Part shown: positions 37,191-47,839 of the stretch, one piece after another
How positions within the stretch are numbered: the stretch's first letter is position 1
Layout of the letters: each line of letters opens with the position of its first letter
Assembly: GCA_026397405.1 (NCBI GenBank)
Contig: JAPLUW010000001.1
Location: 339,977-403,976, forward strand
Direction of reading: 5' to 3'
Origin: Candidatus Adlerbacteria bacterium
GTDB taxonomy: Bacteria > Patescibacteriota > Minisyncoccia > Phycocordibacterales > SBAW01
Length of the DNA stretch: 64,000 nucleotides
The notes under the pieces: model-generated
Told to the model about the DNA's origin: nothing
Databases searched by the model: none
The model's input: only the letters and a program-made list of their open reading frames with translations
Program-made: the position numbers and the translations under genes

Positions 37191-38288
37191 ATGGCATTTT
37201 CCTTTTCATCACTCTTCTCTAAGGAAGTAAAAAGTGTGCTTGGTGTTGACATCGGCACGTCGTCGATAAAAATAGTACAGCTGCGGCGCGAAAAGGGTCG
37301 TGTGGTACTTGAAACATATGGTGCTATTGCGCTCGGGCCGTATGCAGACATTGAAGTTGGTCGTGCGACGGCCTTGCCGGCCGAAAAAATCGCCGAAGCT
37401 CTTAAAGATGTGATACGAGAAGCAAATGTCACCACGGCCGACGCTGCAATTTCTATTCCGTACTCGTCGAGCCTGGTGTCGATCGTTACCCTACCTGCAT
37501 CGGTTGAAAAACAGCTCGCAACGGTCATGCCACTTGAGGCGCGTAAATATATCCCTGTCCCGATTAACGAAGTACTGCTCGACTGGTTTGTTATAAGTGG
37601 TGGCGAAGGCGAAAAAAACGCCAGCCCTACCGGCAAAATTGAAGTACTGCTGGTGGCTATACACAACGACACAATTACAAAGTTTCGCTCCATTGCGAGC
37701 ACTGCAAACTTGGAGTTAGGTTTTTTTGAGATAGAAGTCTTTAGTGCAGCACGCGCCGCGCTCGACCACGGCATTGCACCAGTTGCAGTGGTCGACATGG
37801 GTGCGGCAACAACTAAATTTTATGTTGTCGAGCGCGGCGTAATACACGAAAGCCATATTATCAGCCACGGCAGCCAAGACTTAACCTTGGCAGCGGGCAG
37901 AGCGCTTGGTATCACCGTAGCAGAAGCCGAACAGCGCAAGCGTAAGTTTGGTCTGACAGGAGATATAGCGACCGCAGGCATTGCAAACCTAAAACAATCG
38001 CTAGAACTTTCCCTAGGCATAGTGCTGTCCGAACTCTCGCGGACTATTGCAGCGTATGAGGCGGCTAAAAACCAGTCACTCGGCGCACTTGTGTTAACCG
38101 GCGGCGGCGCAACGTTGAAAGGCATGAAAGAATTTGCGCAAAAGTCGATACAGACAGAAATCCGTCTTGCCGACCCGTTTAGCAAAACGCAGGCCCCTGC
38201 CTTTTTGGAAGAAATTCTGCGAGAAGCCGGACCGGAGTTTTCGGTTGCGGTGGGGTTGGCGCTGCGGCGCTTGCAGGAAATTGGATAA
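37191..38288 (+). CDS. pilM: Type IV pilus assembly protein PilM
   Basis: Actin-like ATPase fold motifs (VLGVDIGTSSIKIVQL..., GGGATLKG). Confidence 0.8.
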   Translation: MAFSFSSLFSKEVKSVLGVDIGTSSIKIVQLRREKGRVVLETYGAIALGPYADIEVGRATALPAEKIAEALKDVIREANVTTADAAISIPYSSSLVSIVTLPASVEKQLATVMPLEARKYIPVPINEVLLDWFVISGGEGEKNASPTGKIEVLLVAIHNDTITKFRSIASTANLELGFFEIEVFSAARAALDHGIAPVAVVDMGAATTKFYVVERGVIHESHIISHGSQDLTLAAGRALGITVAEAEQRKRKFGLTGDIATAGIANLKQSLELSLGIVLSELSRTIAAYEAAKNQSLGALVLTGGGATLKGMKEFAQKSIQTEIRLADPFSKTQAPAFLEEILREAGPEFSVAVGLALRRLQEIG

Positions 38289-38363
38289 CACACCAACCGG
38301 TCGGCAGGCGCATGTGTTGATAGAGTTCTCCTTGTTTTTATTTGCACGGTATACTTACAAAGA

Positions 38364-39011
38364 ATGGATTCTCAAATTTCTGCATCGTTCATACCAAAAA
38401 AACCACTCGACAGTGGAAAGCCGTACCGCGAAGGTGGGGGGTTTGGCCTCTTCTTTTTTATTGCGCTGTTCATATTTATTGTTTCGTTGGTTGCTGCCGG
38501 AGGTGTGTTTGGCTACCAGACCTTGCTCGCGTCGTCACTGGCGTCAAAGTCCGACTCTCTCGCAAAGGCCGAAGGCGCGTTCGACATCTCGACCATACAA
38601 GACCTTGTGCGTATGGACTCTCGTATCAACAATGCACAATTACTTCTGCAAAACCACGTTGCTCCGTCTGCTATTTTTAATTTCCTCGGCAGCCAAACTC
38701 TCCAGGCAGTTCAATTTGTAAGCCTTACGTACAACTTACAGGGCGGCAATTCGGCAACGGTTGTGCTTGCAGGGCAGGCCGACTCGTTTGCAACCGTTGC
38801 GCTGCAAAGCGACCAATTTAGTGCAAGCAAGGTTCTTAAAAATGTTGTGTTTTCGGACATAAAGGTGGGACTTGTGGGCAAAGTGACGTTTAATGTTACT
38901 GCCACAGTCGACCCGTCGCTTATTAACTACACCAAAAATTTAGGTGTTGCACAGACTCTGCCGCAGCAGAGCGCCCCCGCATCAGGAACCACGCCAAATT
39001 TTGTACCCTAG
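38364..39011 (+). CDS. pilN: Type IV pilus assembly protein PilN-like
   Basis: Single N-terminal TM helix followed by a periplasmic domain. Position after pilM. Confidence 0.55.
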   Translation: MDSQISASFIPKKPLDSGKPYREGGGFGLFFFIALFIFIVSLVAAGGVFGYQTLLASSLASKSDSLAKAEGAFDISTIQDLVRMDSRINNAQLLLQNHVAPSAIFNFLGSQTLQAVQFVSLTYNLQGGNSATVVLAGQADSFATVALQSDQFSASKVLKNVVFSDIKVGLVGKVTFNVTATVDPSLINYTKNLGVAQTLPQQSAPASGTTPNFVP

Positions 39012-39014
39012 TAT

Positions 39015-39566
39015 ATGAAACGAATTATCCTTCCAGTATTTTTGTTTGCGGCGGCACTTGGGTTGTTTGTGCTGTATACCAACCCTGCGTATCAAACGAT
39101 AAAAAATCTTTCAGTTCAAAATGCATCGTATGACGACGCTCTCACTAAGTCGGCAGAACTACACAGTTTGCGTGACAGACTACTTGCAACCCGCGCATCA
39201 TTTTCGAACGACAATGTGATAAAGCTAAGTCATGTGCTCCCCGACAACGTCGACAACATCCGCTTAATAATAGATATCAACAATATTGCTGCCAGACATG
39301 GGTTAGCACTTTCAACCGTAGAGCTTGGCAGTGTCTCCGACAGCGACCAAAAAAGGAGCGCCTTGGCAGTAGGCTCCTCGGGAGCGGCGGTGGGTTCGGT
39401 ACAGGTTGGGTTTTCGGTTGCGGCAAAATACGACGACTTCCTAGTATTTTTGCAAGACCTCGAACACAGTTTGCGCATTGTAGATATAGACAAGATATCG
39501 TTTAACACCGGGCCCGGTGACCTTAATGTGTACTCTGTCGACATACGGACGTACTGGCTTCATTAA
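39015..39566 (+). CDS. pilO: Type IV pilus assembly protein PilO-like
   Basis: N-terminal TM and a coiled-coil region. Position in the pilMNO order. Confidence 0.5.
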   Translation: MKRIILPVFLFAAALGLFVLYTNPAYQTIKNLSVQNASYDDALTKSAELHSLRDRLLATRASFSNDNVIKLSHVLPDNVDNIRLIIDINNIAARHGLALSTVELGSVSDSDQKRSALAVGSSGAAVGSVQVGFSVAAKYDDFLVFLQDLEHSLRIVDIDKISFNTGPGDLNVYSVDIRTYWLH

Positions 39567-39574
39567 TATCTTCT

Positions 39575-39961
39575 ATGGATTTTCTTAAAAAAAATAAAAT
39601 GGTAACCGGGGGAGTTATACTCGCTGTTGTTTTGTTACTCGGGGTGTTGTTTTTTTCGGGTAACACGAACACACCGACATTGTCGTCGTCAGCTGACCCG
39701 AGTGAGCCGTCAGTTTCGAGAGACTTACTTGTAACACTTTCAAATTTGCATACGCTTCGCCTCGACGGCAGCATCTTTTCAAATCCTGCATTTATTTCGT
39801 TGACCGACTACGGCGTCATTATCCCGCCTCAGCCTGTCGGGCGCCGTAACCCATTTTTGTCGCTCACTGCTCCAACCCCAGTACCTCCGGCGCCCGCAGC
39901 TTCAACCCCTGCAAGTACGAAAACAAAAACCCCAACAAAAACTCCTACTACGACGCACTAG
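39575..39961 (+). CDS. Small membrane protein of the pilus assembly locus (PilP-like, Pro/Thr-rich C-terminus)
   Basis: TM helix plus a low-complexity tail. Assigned by context only. Confidence 0.35.
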   Translation: MDFLKKNKMVTGGVILAVVLLLGVLFFSGNTNTPTLSSSADPSEPSVSRDLLVTLSNLHTLRLDGSIFSNPAFISLTDYGVIIPPQPVGRRNPFLSLTAPTPVPPAPAASTPASTKTKTPTKTPTTTH

Positions 39962-39977
39962 TGCGCTGTCATTTGCT

Positions 39978-41822
39978 ATGGACCTACTCACGCTTCTTTT
40001 ACAAACTGGAGCTATAGACGCTACGCTCGTGCCTGCTCTCCGGCTAGAGCTCGGCAAACCTGGCGCAAACGCAGAGGAGGTGTTTCTTGCTGCAGGTGTT
40101 CCGGCCGAAGAAATTCTTAAAGCTAAGGGTGCGTATTACGGCACCCCTGTGCGCGAGCTTGGGTCCGAACCTGTGCCGTTTAGCACACTTAGCTATATTC
40201 CCGAAGAATCTGCGAGGCACTACCACTTTGTCCCGCTTGGGGTAGAAGACGGCGCGCTGCTTGTTGGTGTAACCGACCCCGACAATCTTGAGGCACGCGA
40301 TGCACTGACGTTTATTTCGGCAAAAGTGGGGATGCCGTACAAAGTATTTCTTATAAGTGAGGCTGACTTTGCAAAACTCCTTCTCGAATATAAAGGACTC
40401 TCCGGTGAAGTGGGAAAAGCGTTGAATGACCTCGAAACTGAAAGTACTACAGACATTCACGCCGAAGAAACAAAGCGCAATATTTCTATCGAAGACGAAG
40501 AGGTGACAGACACAGCAGAGGCGGTGAGCGAAGGTGCGCCTGTGACAAAAATTGTTGCGACGGTGCTGCAGCATGCCTCCGAGCAGCGCGCGTCTGACAT
40601 CCATATCGAACCTATGGCCGAACAAACTCGTGTGCGGTTTCGTATCGATGGTGTGCTTATCACCAACTTAACACTACCTTCCAAAGTACACACGTCGGTT
40701 GTGGCGCGTATCAAAGTGCTGTCTAACATGCGTCTGGACGAAAAGCGCAAACCTCAAGACGGCCGTTTTTCTGCACGGGTTGGTACTGACAAAATAGACT
40801 TTCGTGTTTCGACATTTCCAACCTACTATGGCGAAAAGGTAGTGATGCGTATTTTGGGCTCTGCTGCGCAAGACTTACGGCTGGAAAGTTTGGGCATGTC
40901 CGAGCGCGACATTGCACTTATCCGTACCGCGATAAAAAAACCCTACGGTCTGGTGTTGGTGTCGGGCCCAACAGGTTCGGGTAAGTCGACCACCTTGTAT
41001 GCGCTGTTAAATGAAATTGATCGCGAAGGACAGAATGTACTTTCGCTCGAGGACCCGGTTGAATATACGATCCCTGGTGTATCGCAAAGCCAAATTCGCC
41101 CTGAAATCGGATACACGTTTGCAACAGGCTTGCGCACCACACTGCGCCAGGACCCAAATATTATTATGGTCGGCGAAATCCGCGACGCAGAAACTGCAAA
41201 CTTGGCCGTGCAAGCAGCACTTACGGGCCACTTGGTGCTTTCAACCATACACACCAACAACTCTATTGGTATTATCCCGCGCCTCCTCGATATGGGTGTC
41301 GAGCCCTACCTTATACCACCAGTGCTTATTTTAGGTATGGCACAACGCCTTGTTCGTACGTTATGCAAAAACGGCGGCAAAGTAGTTACTGCAGAACAAA
41401 GTATGCAGGAAATGTTTACAAAAGAGTTTGAAGACTTACCTGAAGAATATAGAAAAAAATTACCCCCGCTCAACACCGTGCACCGGCTGCAAGTCACGCC
41501 CGAATGTCCGTCGGGTACACAGGGACGTATTGCAGTAGTTGAAGTGTTCGATATGAATCCAGAACTTGAAAAAGCGATACTCGAACACAAACCCGAAGAA
41601 GAAATGTTTGCAACGGTGCGTAGACACGGCATGTTGACCATGAAAGAAGATGCTATTATTAAATCTGTAAAAGGTATTATTCCGTTCGAAGAAGTAAACA
41701 CACTCGGAGGTCAGTATGAACTGGAAGACGATGTAGAAGCAGCCCCCATGCCGCCTCCAGCTCCCGAAGCGCTTGCTGCAGATGGAGATAACGATGCACC
41801 AGGAAAAGAAGTACAAATTTAA
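39978..41822 (+). CDS. pilB: Type IV pilus assembly ATPase PilB (GspE family)
   Basis: N-terminal GSPII-like domain, Walker A GPTGSGKSTT, Asp box, Walker B, His box, and a C-terminal Cys cluster. Confidence 0.85.
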   Translation: MDLLTLLLQTGAIDATLVPALRLELGKPGANAEEVFLAAGVPAEEILKAKGAYYGTPVRELGSEPVPFSTLSYIPEESARHYHFVPLGVEDGALLVGVTDPDNLEARDALTFISAKVGMPYKVFLISEADFAKLLLEYKGLSGEVGKALNDLETESTTDIHAEETKRNISIEDEEVTDTAEAVSEGAPVTKIVATVLQHASEQRASDIHIEPMAEQTRVRFRIDGVLITNLTLPSKVHTSVVARIKVLSNMRLDEKRKPQDGRFSARVGTDKIDFRVSTFPTYYGEKVVMRILGSAAQDLRLESLGMSERDIALIRTAIKKPYGLVLVSGPTGSGKSTTLYALLNEIDREGQNVLSLEDPVEYTIPGVSQSQIRPEIGYTFATGLRTTLRQDPNIIMVGEIRDAETANLAVQAALTGHLVLSTIHTNNSIGIIPRLLDMGVEPYLIPPVLILGMAQRLVRTLCKNGGKVVTAEQSMQEMFTKEFEDLPEEYRKKLPPLNTVHRLQVTPECPSGTQGRIAVVEVFDMNPELEKAILEHKPEEEMFATVRRHGMLTMKEDAIIKSVKGIIPFEEVNTLGGQYELEDDVEAAPMPPPAPEALAADGDNDAPGKEVQI

Positions 41823-41831
41823 GAACATTCC

Positions 41832-42893
41832 ATGGACTACAAAAAGAAACTAGCTGAACTTATCGCACTCCTTATTGCGCAAGGCGCCTCGGACTTGCAC
41901 TTGGGTGCAGGTATCCAGCCGGTTATCCGTGTATCGCACACACTCACGCCGCTTTTGTCTGAGCCGGTACTTTCAAACGACGACGTCATGGGCCTCCTTG
42001 CAGAAATGTTGAGCCCCGAACATAAAAAACGCTTTTTAGAAACACAAGAAGTAGACTTTTCGTATGCCTACGAAGACAAGGCGCGGTTCCGCGGGAACGG
42101 CTACTTCGAACGTGGACATGTGGGTGTGGCACTCCGCTTAATTCCTAAAGTTATCAAGACACTCGCCGAGTTGAACTTGCCGCCGTCTATAGAAACGTTC
42201 GCTGCGCGCCAGCAAGGGTTCTTTTTGGTGGTGGGTCCGGTAGGGCAGGGAAAGACAACCACGCTTGCGGCACTCATAGACAAAATAAATTCTGAGCGCA
42301 CCGAACACATTGTCACGATTGAAGACCCGATAGAATATTTGTTCGAAAATAAAAAATCGCTCATTGACCAGCGCGAAGTCCATATAGACACGGCGGACTT
42401 CGAGTCGGGTCTGCGTTCGGTATTTCGCCAAGATGCAAACGTGCTTATGATAGGCGAAATGCGCACGCCAGAAACTATGGCCGCAGCGGTAACAGCTGCC
42501 GAGACTGGACACTTGGTGTTTTCGACATTGCACACCAACAACGCAGCGCAAACAATAGACCGCATCATCGACTCGTTTCCCGGGGGCCAGCAAGACCAAA
42601 TCCGCACGCAGCTTGCGGCCTCTCTTGCAGGTATTTTCTCTCAGCGGCTTATCCCGCGCGTTTCAGGTGGCCTTGTCCCTGCATGCGAGCTACTTATAAA
42701 TACTGGTGCTGTCGCAAACTTAATACGCGAAAAACGCACACACGAAATACAGACCGTCATAGAAACTGGTTCCGACGAAGGCATGATAGACATGAACCGT
42801 TCGTTAGCCGAAATGGTCCGCATGGGGGAGATAACAATAGAAAGTGCCTATGCCCGTTCGTGGAGCCCAAAAACCCTGGAGCGTTTGTTGTAA
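41832..42893 (+). CDS. pilT: Twitching motility ATPase PilT
   Basis: Walker A GPVGQGKTTT, AIRNLIRE-like motif (AVANLIREKRTHEI). About 350 aa. Confidence 0.85.
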   Translation: MDYKKKLAELIALLIAQGASDLHLGAGIQPVIRVSHTLTPLLSEPVLSNDDVMGLLAEMLSPEHKKRFLETQEVDFSYAYEDKARFRGNGYFERGHVGVALRLIPKVIKTLAELNLPPSIETFAARQQGFFLVVGPVGQGKTTTLAALIDKINSERTEHIVTIEDPIEYLFENKKSLIDQREVHIDTADFESGLRSVFRQDANVLMIGEMRTPETMAAAVTAAETGHLVFSTLHTNNAAQTIDRIIDSFPGGQQDQIRTQLAASLAGIFSQRLIPRVSGGLVPACELLINTGAVANLIREKRTHEIQTVIETGSDEGMIDMNRSLAEMVRMGEITIESAYARSWSPKTLERLL

Positions 42894-42899
42894 TATTGT

Positions 42900-44120
42900 A
42901 TGTCAGAATTTAAGTACGAAGGACTCGACCAAACAGGTAAGCCGCAGAGCGGCACAGCCAATGCGCCTACCCAGGACGCTGCGGTGGAAGCTCTGCAGCG
43001 CCGCGGGCTCACGCTTACCTCCATTTCTCCTATAAACCAAGACAACAACGTACGCGCGCTTTTAAACAACACATCTTTTTTTGGAGGAGTATCTAACCGC
43101 GATGTGGTGCTGTTGTCGCGCCAACTTGCAACGCTGTTTGAAGCGCAAGTATCAGCCCTGCGCGTATTTCGCTTGCTTGCAGAGCAGGCCGAAAAACCAT
43201 TTTTGCGCAAAGCACTTACCGACGTAGGGGACGACCTCCAGAGCGGTGACTCAATTTCCAAAGCACTCGCAAAACATCCAAAAGTCTTTTCGGACTTTTA
43301 CGTCAACATGGTTCGTGCGGGCGAAGAGTCGGGCAAGCTCGACCAAACCTTTTTGTTTTTGGCAGACTATATAGACCGCTCGTACGAATTAACCGGCAAG
43401 GCACGCAACGCGCTTATATACCCGGCGTTTATTATGGTCACCTTTGTTGCGGTGATGACGCTCATGCTTACCGTTGTTATCCCAAAAATTGGCTCGATTT
43501 TGGAAGGGGACGGCCAGCAGTTGCCACTCTTTACACAAATAATACTTAGCTTCAGCGCGTTCTTAACCGACTACGGTATTTTTATACTTATTGCACTTAT
43601 TGTTGGTGGGTACTTTCTCTACCGATATGCACAAACGCCCACAGGTAAACTTGCCATGAGCCGTTTCAAACTTTCTATTCCCTACGTTGGCGAGTTGTAC
43701 CGCAAGCTCTACTTGTCGCGGTTTGCAGACAACATGCACGTGATGCTTACGTCGGGCATTAGCGCCGTCCGTTCGCTTGAAGTAACGTCGAGCGTTATCG
43801 AAAACCAAATATACGAAGGGATAATCCTCGAAGCTCTCGAAGGCGTAAAAGCCGGCCGTTCGATTTCAGAAACATTTAGCCATTACCCGCAGGAAATCCC
43901 GTCTATTATGGTGCAAATGCTCAAAATAGGTGAAGAAACGGGGGAACTCGGGAATATTTTGCAGCGCATGGCCAAGTTTTATAACCGCGAAGTAAACGCC
44001 GCGGTCGACACCCTCGTGTCGCTCATAGAGCCGGCCCTTATTGTTGCACTGGCGCTCGGTGTCGGCTTCCTTCTTGCTGCGGTATTGCTCCCAATTTACA
44101 ACAGCACGGCAAATATTTAG
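42900..44120 (+). CDS. pilC: Type IV pilus inner-membrane platform protein PilC (GspF family)
   Basis: 406 aa with duplicated T2SSF domains and three TM segments. Confidence 0.8.
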   Translation: MSEFKYEGLDQTGKPQSGTANAPTQDAAVEALQRRGLTLTSISPINQDNNVRALLNNTSFFGGVSNRDVVLLSRQLATLFEAQVSALRVFRLLAEQAEKPFLRKALTDVGDDLQSGDSISKALAKHPKVFSDFYVNMVRAGEESGKLDQTFLFLADYIDRSYELTGKARNALIYPAFIMVTFVAVMTLMLTVVIPKIGSILEGDGQQLPLFTQIILSFSAFLTDYGIFILIALIVGGYFLYRYAQTPTGKLAMSRFKLSIPYVGELYRKLYLSRFADNMHVMLTSGISAVRSLEVTSSVIENQIYEGIILEALEGVKAGRSISETFSHYPQEIPSIMVQMLKIGEETGELGNILQRMAKFYNREVNAAVDTLVSLIEPALIVALALGVGFLLAAVLLPIYNSTANI

Positions 44121-44182
44121 GCCTATATAGGCTTATCCCCACCGCATACAGGCATAGAAGCTCTGTGCGCTATACTGTACCT

Positions 44183-44710
44183 ATGCACACATTTTTCAAA
44201 AAAACGTCCACCCGAGGTTTTACCCTTATCGAACTCCTCGTTGTTATCGCTATCATCGGCATTCTGGCCGCAATTGTGCTCGTGTCTTTGACGGGTGCTC
44301 GTACGAAGGCGCGCGATGCAGCACGCGTAGCATCACTTCAAGAAATGGGTAAGGCAATTGCAGTTGCTGACACCGACCCTGCACTACCTCTGACTGGGTG
44401 CACCGGTGGCGGCAGTTCTGCAACACCAAATTCAACTACCAACAAGGCAAGTGCCTGCACAGGGCCTGCTCCTATAAGCTTTGCAAGTTACATTGACCCT
44501 GCAGTTACATCGTCAGGTGCTCCATGCACCAGTAGCCCAACCGCAGCTTGTAACTACCTCATTGCTAAACAAGACGGCTCTTCCGGAAACCCGACAACTC
44601 AAAATTACGAAATCTGTTCATATTTGGAAGTTGGGTCGGGCGCAATACCTGCTGGAAAAGTAATGATAAACAGCAACAGTGGTGGTACCGTAACGACCGG
44701 TTGTAACTAA
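44183..44710 (+). CDS. Type IV pilin (major pilin candidate 1)
   Basis: Class III signal peptide: [21 protein letters not shown], with the G/F cleavage site and Glu5. Confidence 0.8.
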   Translation: MHTFFKKTSTRGFTLIELLVVIAIIGILAAIVLVSLTGARTKARDAARVASLQEMGKAIAVADTDPALPLTGCTGGGSSATPNSTTNKASACTGPAPISFASYIDPAVTSSGAPCTSSPTAACNYLIAKQDGSSGNPTTQNYEICSYLEVGSGAIPAGKVMINSNSGGTVTTGCN

Positions 44711-45273
44711 TGAAAAAAAGAGGTCTCACCCATAGGGCTATAACCGAGGGTTTTACTCTCATAGAGCTCCTTGTTGTCATAGCCATCATTGGTATTTTGG
44801 CATCTATTGTCATGGTTAACTTGGCGAGCGCAAGGAAAAAGACCCGCGACGCAAAACGCATATCCGATATTAAAAACCTCCAACTTTCGCTCGAGGAATA
44901 TTACAACGACAATTTAAAATATCCGACCGTACTGGGTTCCCTTATACCAAATTATTTACCGAACATTCCCTATGACCCAAACGGTACTGTTGTCTGCAAC
45001 ATAGGTTCGGAAGCGAGCTGTTATGCATATGCGGCACTCAATGTTACGGGCGGCACTGCCGACTGCTACGCGGTCCCTGCAAGCAAGTACCACCTTGGCG
45101 CTGCGCTTGAAGCAAACAACGCCATAACGCAAGATGCAGACCTGGCCGCGGCGCCGGCGGGGTTTCAAAAATGTGCAACGAGCAACGCCAACTTTAACGG
45201 TGTAGCAACAGACTGTGTGGGTGCTACGGCAGGTTTTGGTGGTGCCGACAACTGTTACGACGTCACTAACTAA
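44710..45273 (+). CDS. Type IV pilin (candidate 2)
   Basis: [21 protein letters not shown] prepilin motif. Confidence 0.8.
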   Translation: MKKRGLTHRAITEGFTLIELLVVIAIIGILASIVMVNLASARKKTRDAKRISDIKNLQLSLEEYYNDNLKYPTVLGSLIPNYLPNIPYDPNGTVVCNIGSEASCYAYAALNVTGGTADCYAVPASKYHLGAALEANNAITQDADLAAAPAGFQKCATSNANFNGVATDCVGATAGFGGADNCYDVTN

Positions 45274-46029
45274 TGTACGAACTTTCTGCTCTTGGGCTTT
45301 GGAGTATAGGTCTTGGGCTCATCGCCGGTAGTTTTTTAAATGCACTTTCGTTCCGGCCGTTCTATGTGTATGCGGTGTGGGCATACGCTCCGCGCGCTTG
45401 ACCTTATTCCACTTTTTTCATACGTGTTTCTTTTGGGTACATGTCGCTATTGTGGCACACGTATTTCAATGCAATATCCGCTGGTTGAACTTGCCGCTGC
45501 CATGCTTTCGTTTGGAGTCTTCACTGCAGTGCAGACACCACTCATGTATGCATTTTGGTTTTTTGTGTGGATGGTTATTTTGTTTATCGTTATATACGAC
45601 ATACGCCACACTGTTATTCCGTGGAGTTGTTCGCTGTTGCTTATAGGGTTGTCCCTCGTGTCTCTTTTTTTGTCAGGTATGCCATCTTTTGCCGCGCTTC
45701 TTTCGGGGCCACTTTTGGCGCTGCCACTTTTAGCATTGTCATTTTTTTCTCGTGGTCGGTGGATGGGGTGGGGCGACGGGGTCTTCCAACTTTCACTCGG
45801 GTGGTTCCTCGGGCTCGTGCCAGCTCTGAGTGCACTCGCACTTTCGGTTTGGACAGGCGCCTTCGTTGGCGTCGGGCTTGTTCTGGTCTCACAACTTCCA
45901 TGGAAATACCGCTCGCGTGGGTTTACAATACAAAGTGAGCTTCCCTTTGCGCCGTTCTTAGCGCTTGGGGCCCTGCTCGTGTACTTCTTTCATGTCGATC
46001 TTTTTTCAACATATTTTCTCCTCTGGTAA
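45273..46029 (+). pseudogene. pilD: Prepilin peptidase PilD (A24 family) split by a +1 frameshift
   Basis: Frame 0 (45273-45401) encodes the canonical N-terminus MYELSALGLWSIGLGLIAGSFLNALSFR..., then reaches a stop. Frame +1 (45340-46029) encodes the rest, including CMRCGH...CRYCG and WMGWGDG. The shift must fall between about 45340 and 45366. Confidence 0.6.
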
Positions 46030-46651
46030 GAGCAAGTTCGCGCTGGGTAGGAGCCGCGGTTTTACACTTATCGAATTGCTCGTAGTATCGGCAATTATTG
46101 TCATCATTACGATGGTGCTGTTGTTGCGGCAGTCGCGGTTCGACAGCTCAACTATTTTGCGTAGCCTCGCGTACAGCGTGGCACTCTCGGTGCGGCAAAC
46201 CCAGGTGTACGGTACCAGCGTGCTCGGCAGTAATAATTCGGGTGCCGTGAGTTATGCATCTGCATACGGACTTTATTTTTCTGCTACAACACCTTCTTCC
46301 TATGTCTTGTTTGCCGACTTTAATAACAACGGTGTGTACGACTCCGCAGAGGAAACAGTTAAAATATTTTCATTAAACACCGGCTACGTCATAAGCGAAG
46401 TCTGTACAAAACTCTCGGGCGGCTCGAACCGCTGCACCGGTGCAGACGACTCTTCGGGCATGCGCACCATTACGTCGCTCAACATTTTGTTTAAACGTCC
46501 AAACCCCGATGCGGTTTTTACAACCGACATTAACGGCGAGTCCTATATCAGTGGGTATATTCAAGTGCGCTCGGGTGACGGCACTACGCGTAGCGTTGTG
46601 ATAACATCCCCCGGGCAAATAAGCGTCCAAGCGCCAGGAACACTGCCATGA
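45992..46651 (+). CDS. Minor pilin / pseudopilin
   Basis: [18 protein letters not shown] prepilin motif. Start uncertain (long leader). Confidence 0.65.
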   Translation: MSIFFQHIFSSGKSKFALGRSRGFTLIELLVVSAIIVIITMVLLLRQSRFDSSTILRSLAYSVALSVRQTQVYGTSVLGSNNSGAVSYASAYGLYFSATTPSSYVLFADFNNNGVYDSAEETVKIFSLNTGYVISEVCTKLSGGSNRCTGADDSSGMRTITSLNILFKRPNPDAVFTTDINGESYISGYIQVRSGDGTTRSVVITSPGQISVQAPGTLP

Positions 46652-47229
46652 ACAACCGAGTCTCACCCATAGGACTACGACCGAGGGGTTTTACACTTAT
46701 AGAAATGCTCGTGTCGGTTGCTATATTTAGCACGGTGATGGTTGTTGCACTTGGTGCGCTCCTTTCGCTTTCGGAAGCGAACCGCAGAGCAGAATTGTTG
46801 TCATCGGCAACTAACAACTTTGACTCGGCAATAGACAGCATGTCGCGCGCTATTCGCACCGGCATAAATTACCATTGCGGCGCAGGGACACTTACGGCAA
46901 CGCTCGACTGCACCAGCGCTGGTGCCACACAGTTTGCGTTTTTGGCAGCAACTGGCAACGAAACAGTCTACCAGTTTGGCACTATTGGCTGCCCAAACAA
47001 TGTCGGGTGTATTTTGCGCTCAACGGACGGAGGAGCATCGTATGCAAGCATTACCTCGCCGGAGATTTTTGTCACATCCCTTAAATTTTTTGGCCTCGGT
47101 GCATTTAACACAGACAACATACAGCCCCGCGTTGTCATGCTTATTTCTGGCTATGTCGTGGTTAAGGGTGCGCAAAAATCAGTATTTAACTTTCAAACGT
47201 CCGTAACACAACGCTTTTATGACAGGTAA
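46648..47229 (+). CDS. Minor pilin / pseudopilin
   Basis: PRGFTLIEMLVSVAIFSTV motif. Confidence 0.7.
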   Translation: MNNRVSPIGLRPRGFTLIEMLVSVAIFSTVMVVALGALLSLSEANRRAELLSSATNNFDSAIDSMSRAIRTGINYHCGAGTLTATLDCTSAGATQFAFLAATGNETVYQFGTIGCPNNVGCILRSTDGGASYASITSPEIFVTSLKFFGLGAFNTDNIQPRVVMLISGYVVVKGAQKSVFNFQTSVTQRFYDR

Positions 47230-47833
47230 AAAACCACATATGCGTGCACGAGGGTCTGTTCGCCGGCAGGCAGGGTTTACACTTGTTGAAACTCTGCTCG
47301 CTATCCTTATTTTGACAACTGCAATTGCGGGGCCACTTACTATCGCTGCAAAAGGTTTAAGTTTGGCGCTCATCGCAAAAGACCAAGTGGCCGCAACATT
47401 TTTAGCGCAAGACGCTGTAGAGTATGTCCGGTTTATCCGCGACACAAACAGGCTTTCAAACAACAGCGACTGGCTGGCAGGGCTCGACGGTGGTAACAAC
47501 GGCCACACGACAAGCAACAGCGGCGCGCAGCCAAATTGTACAAATGGTAATGCGTGTGTGGTCGACTCGTTACAAGACCTCGTTTCAAACTGTGGCTTGG
47601 TTACTACTGGGTGTGCGTCTACGCCACTCTACTTTGACCCTACAAACCAATACTACACATATGTCACGGCTGGAAATACGCAAACTATTTTTTCGCGGAC
47701 GATAAGTATAGAAACACCTTCACAGGGCGGCAACACCAGCGAAGCAGAACTGACCGTCCTCGTGCAGTGGAAGGACGTTGGCGGAGTTGTGCGTTCTGTT
47801 GTACTGCGCGAAAACTTGCTTAACTGGCAGTAA
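47219..47833 (+). CDS. Minor pilin / pseudopilin (PilV-like)
   Basis: QAGFTLVETLLAILIL motif. Confidence 0.65.
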   Translation: MTGKKPHMRARGSVRRQAGFTLVETLLAILILTTAIAGPLTIAAKGLSLALIAKDQVAATFLAQDAVEYVRFIRDTNRLSNNSDWLAGLDGGNNGHTTSNSGAQPNCTNGNACVVDSLQDLVSNCGLVTTGCASTPLYFDPTNQYYTYVTAGNTQTIFSRTISIETPSQGGNTSEAELTVLVQWKDVGGVVRSVVLRENLLNWQ

Positions 47834-47839
47834 CTATAT

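Noticed and set aside
45377-45938. Alternative-frame ORFs (89 and 127 aa) inside pilD
   Set aside because: They are Cys/Phe/Arg-rich nonsense frames of the pilD region. They do not restore the PilD sequence even with a homopolymer correction.
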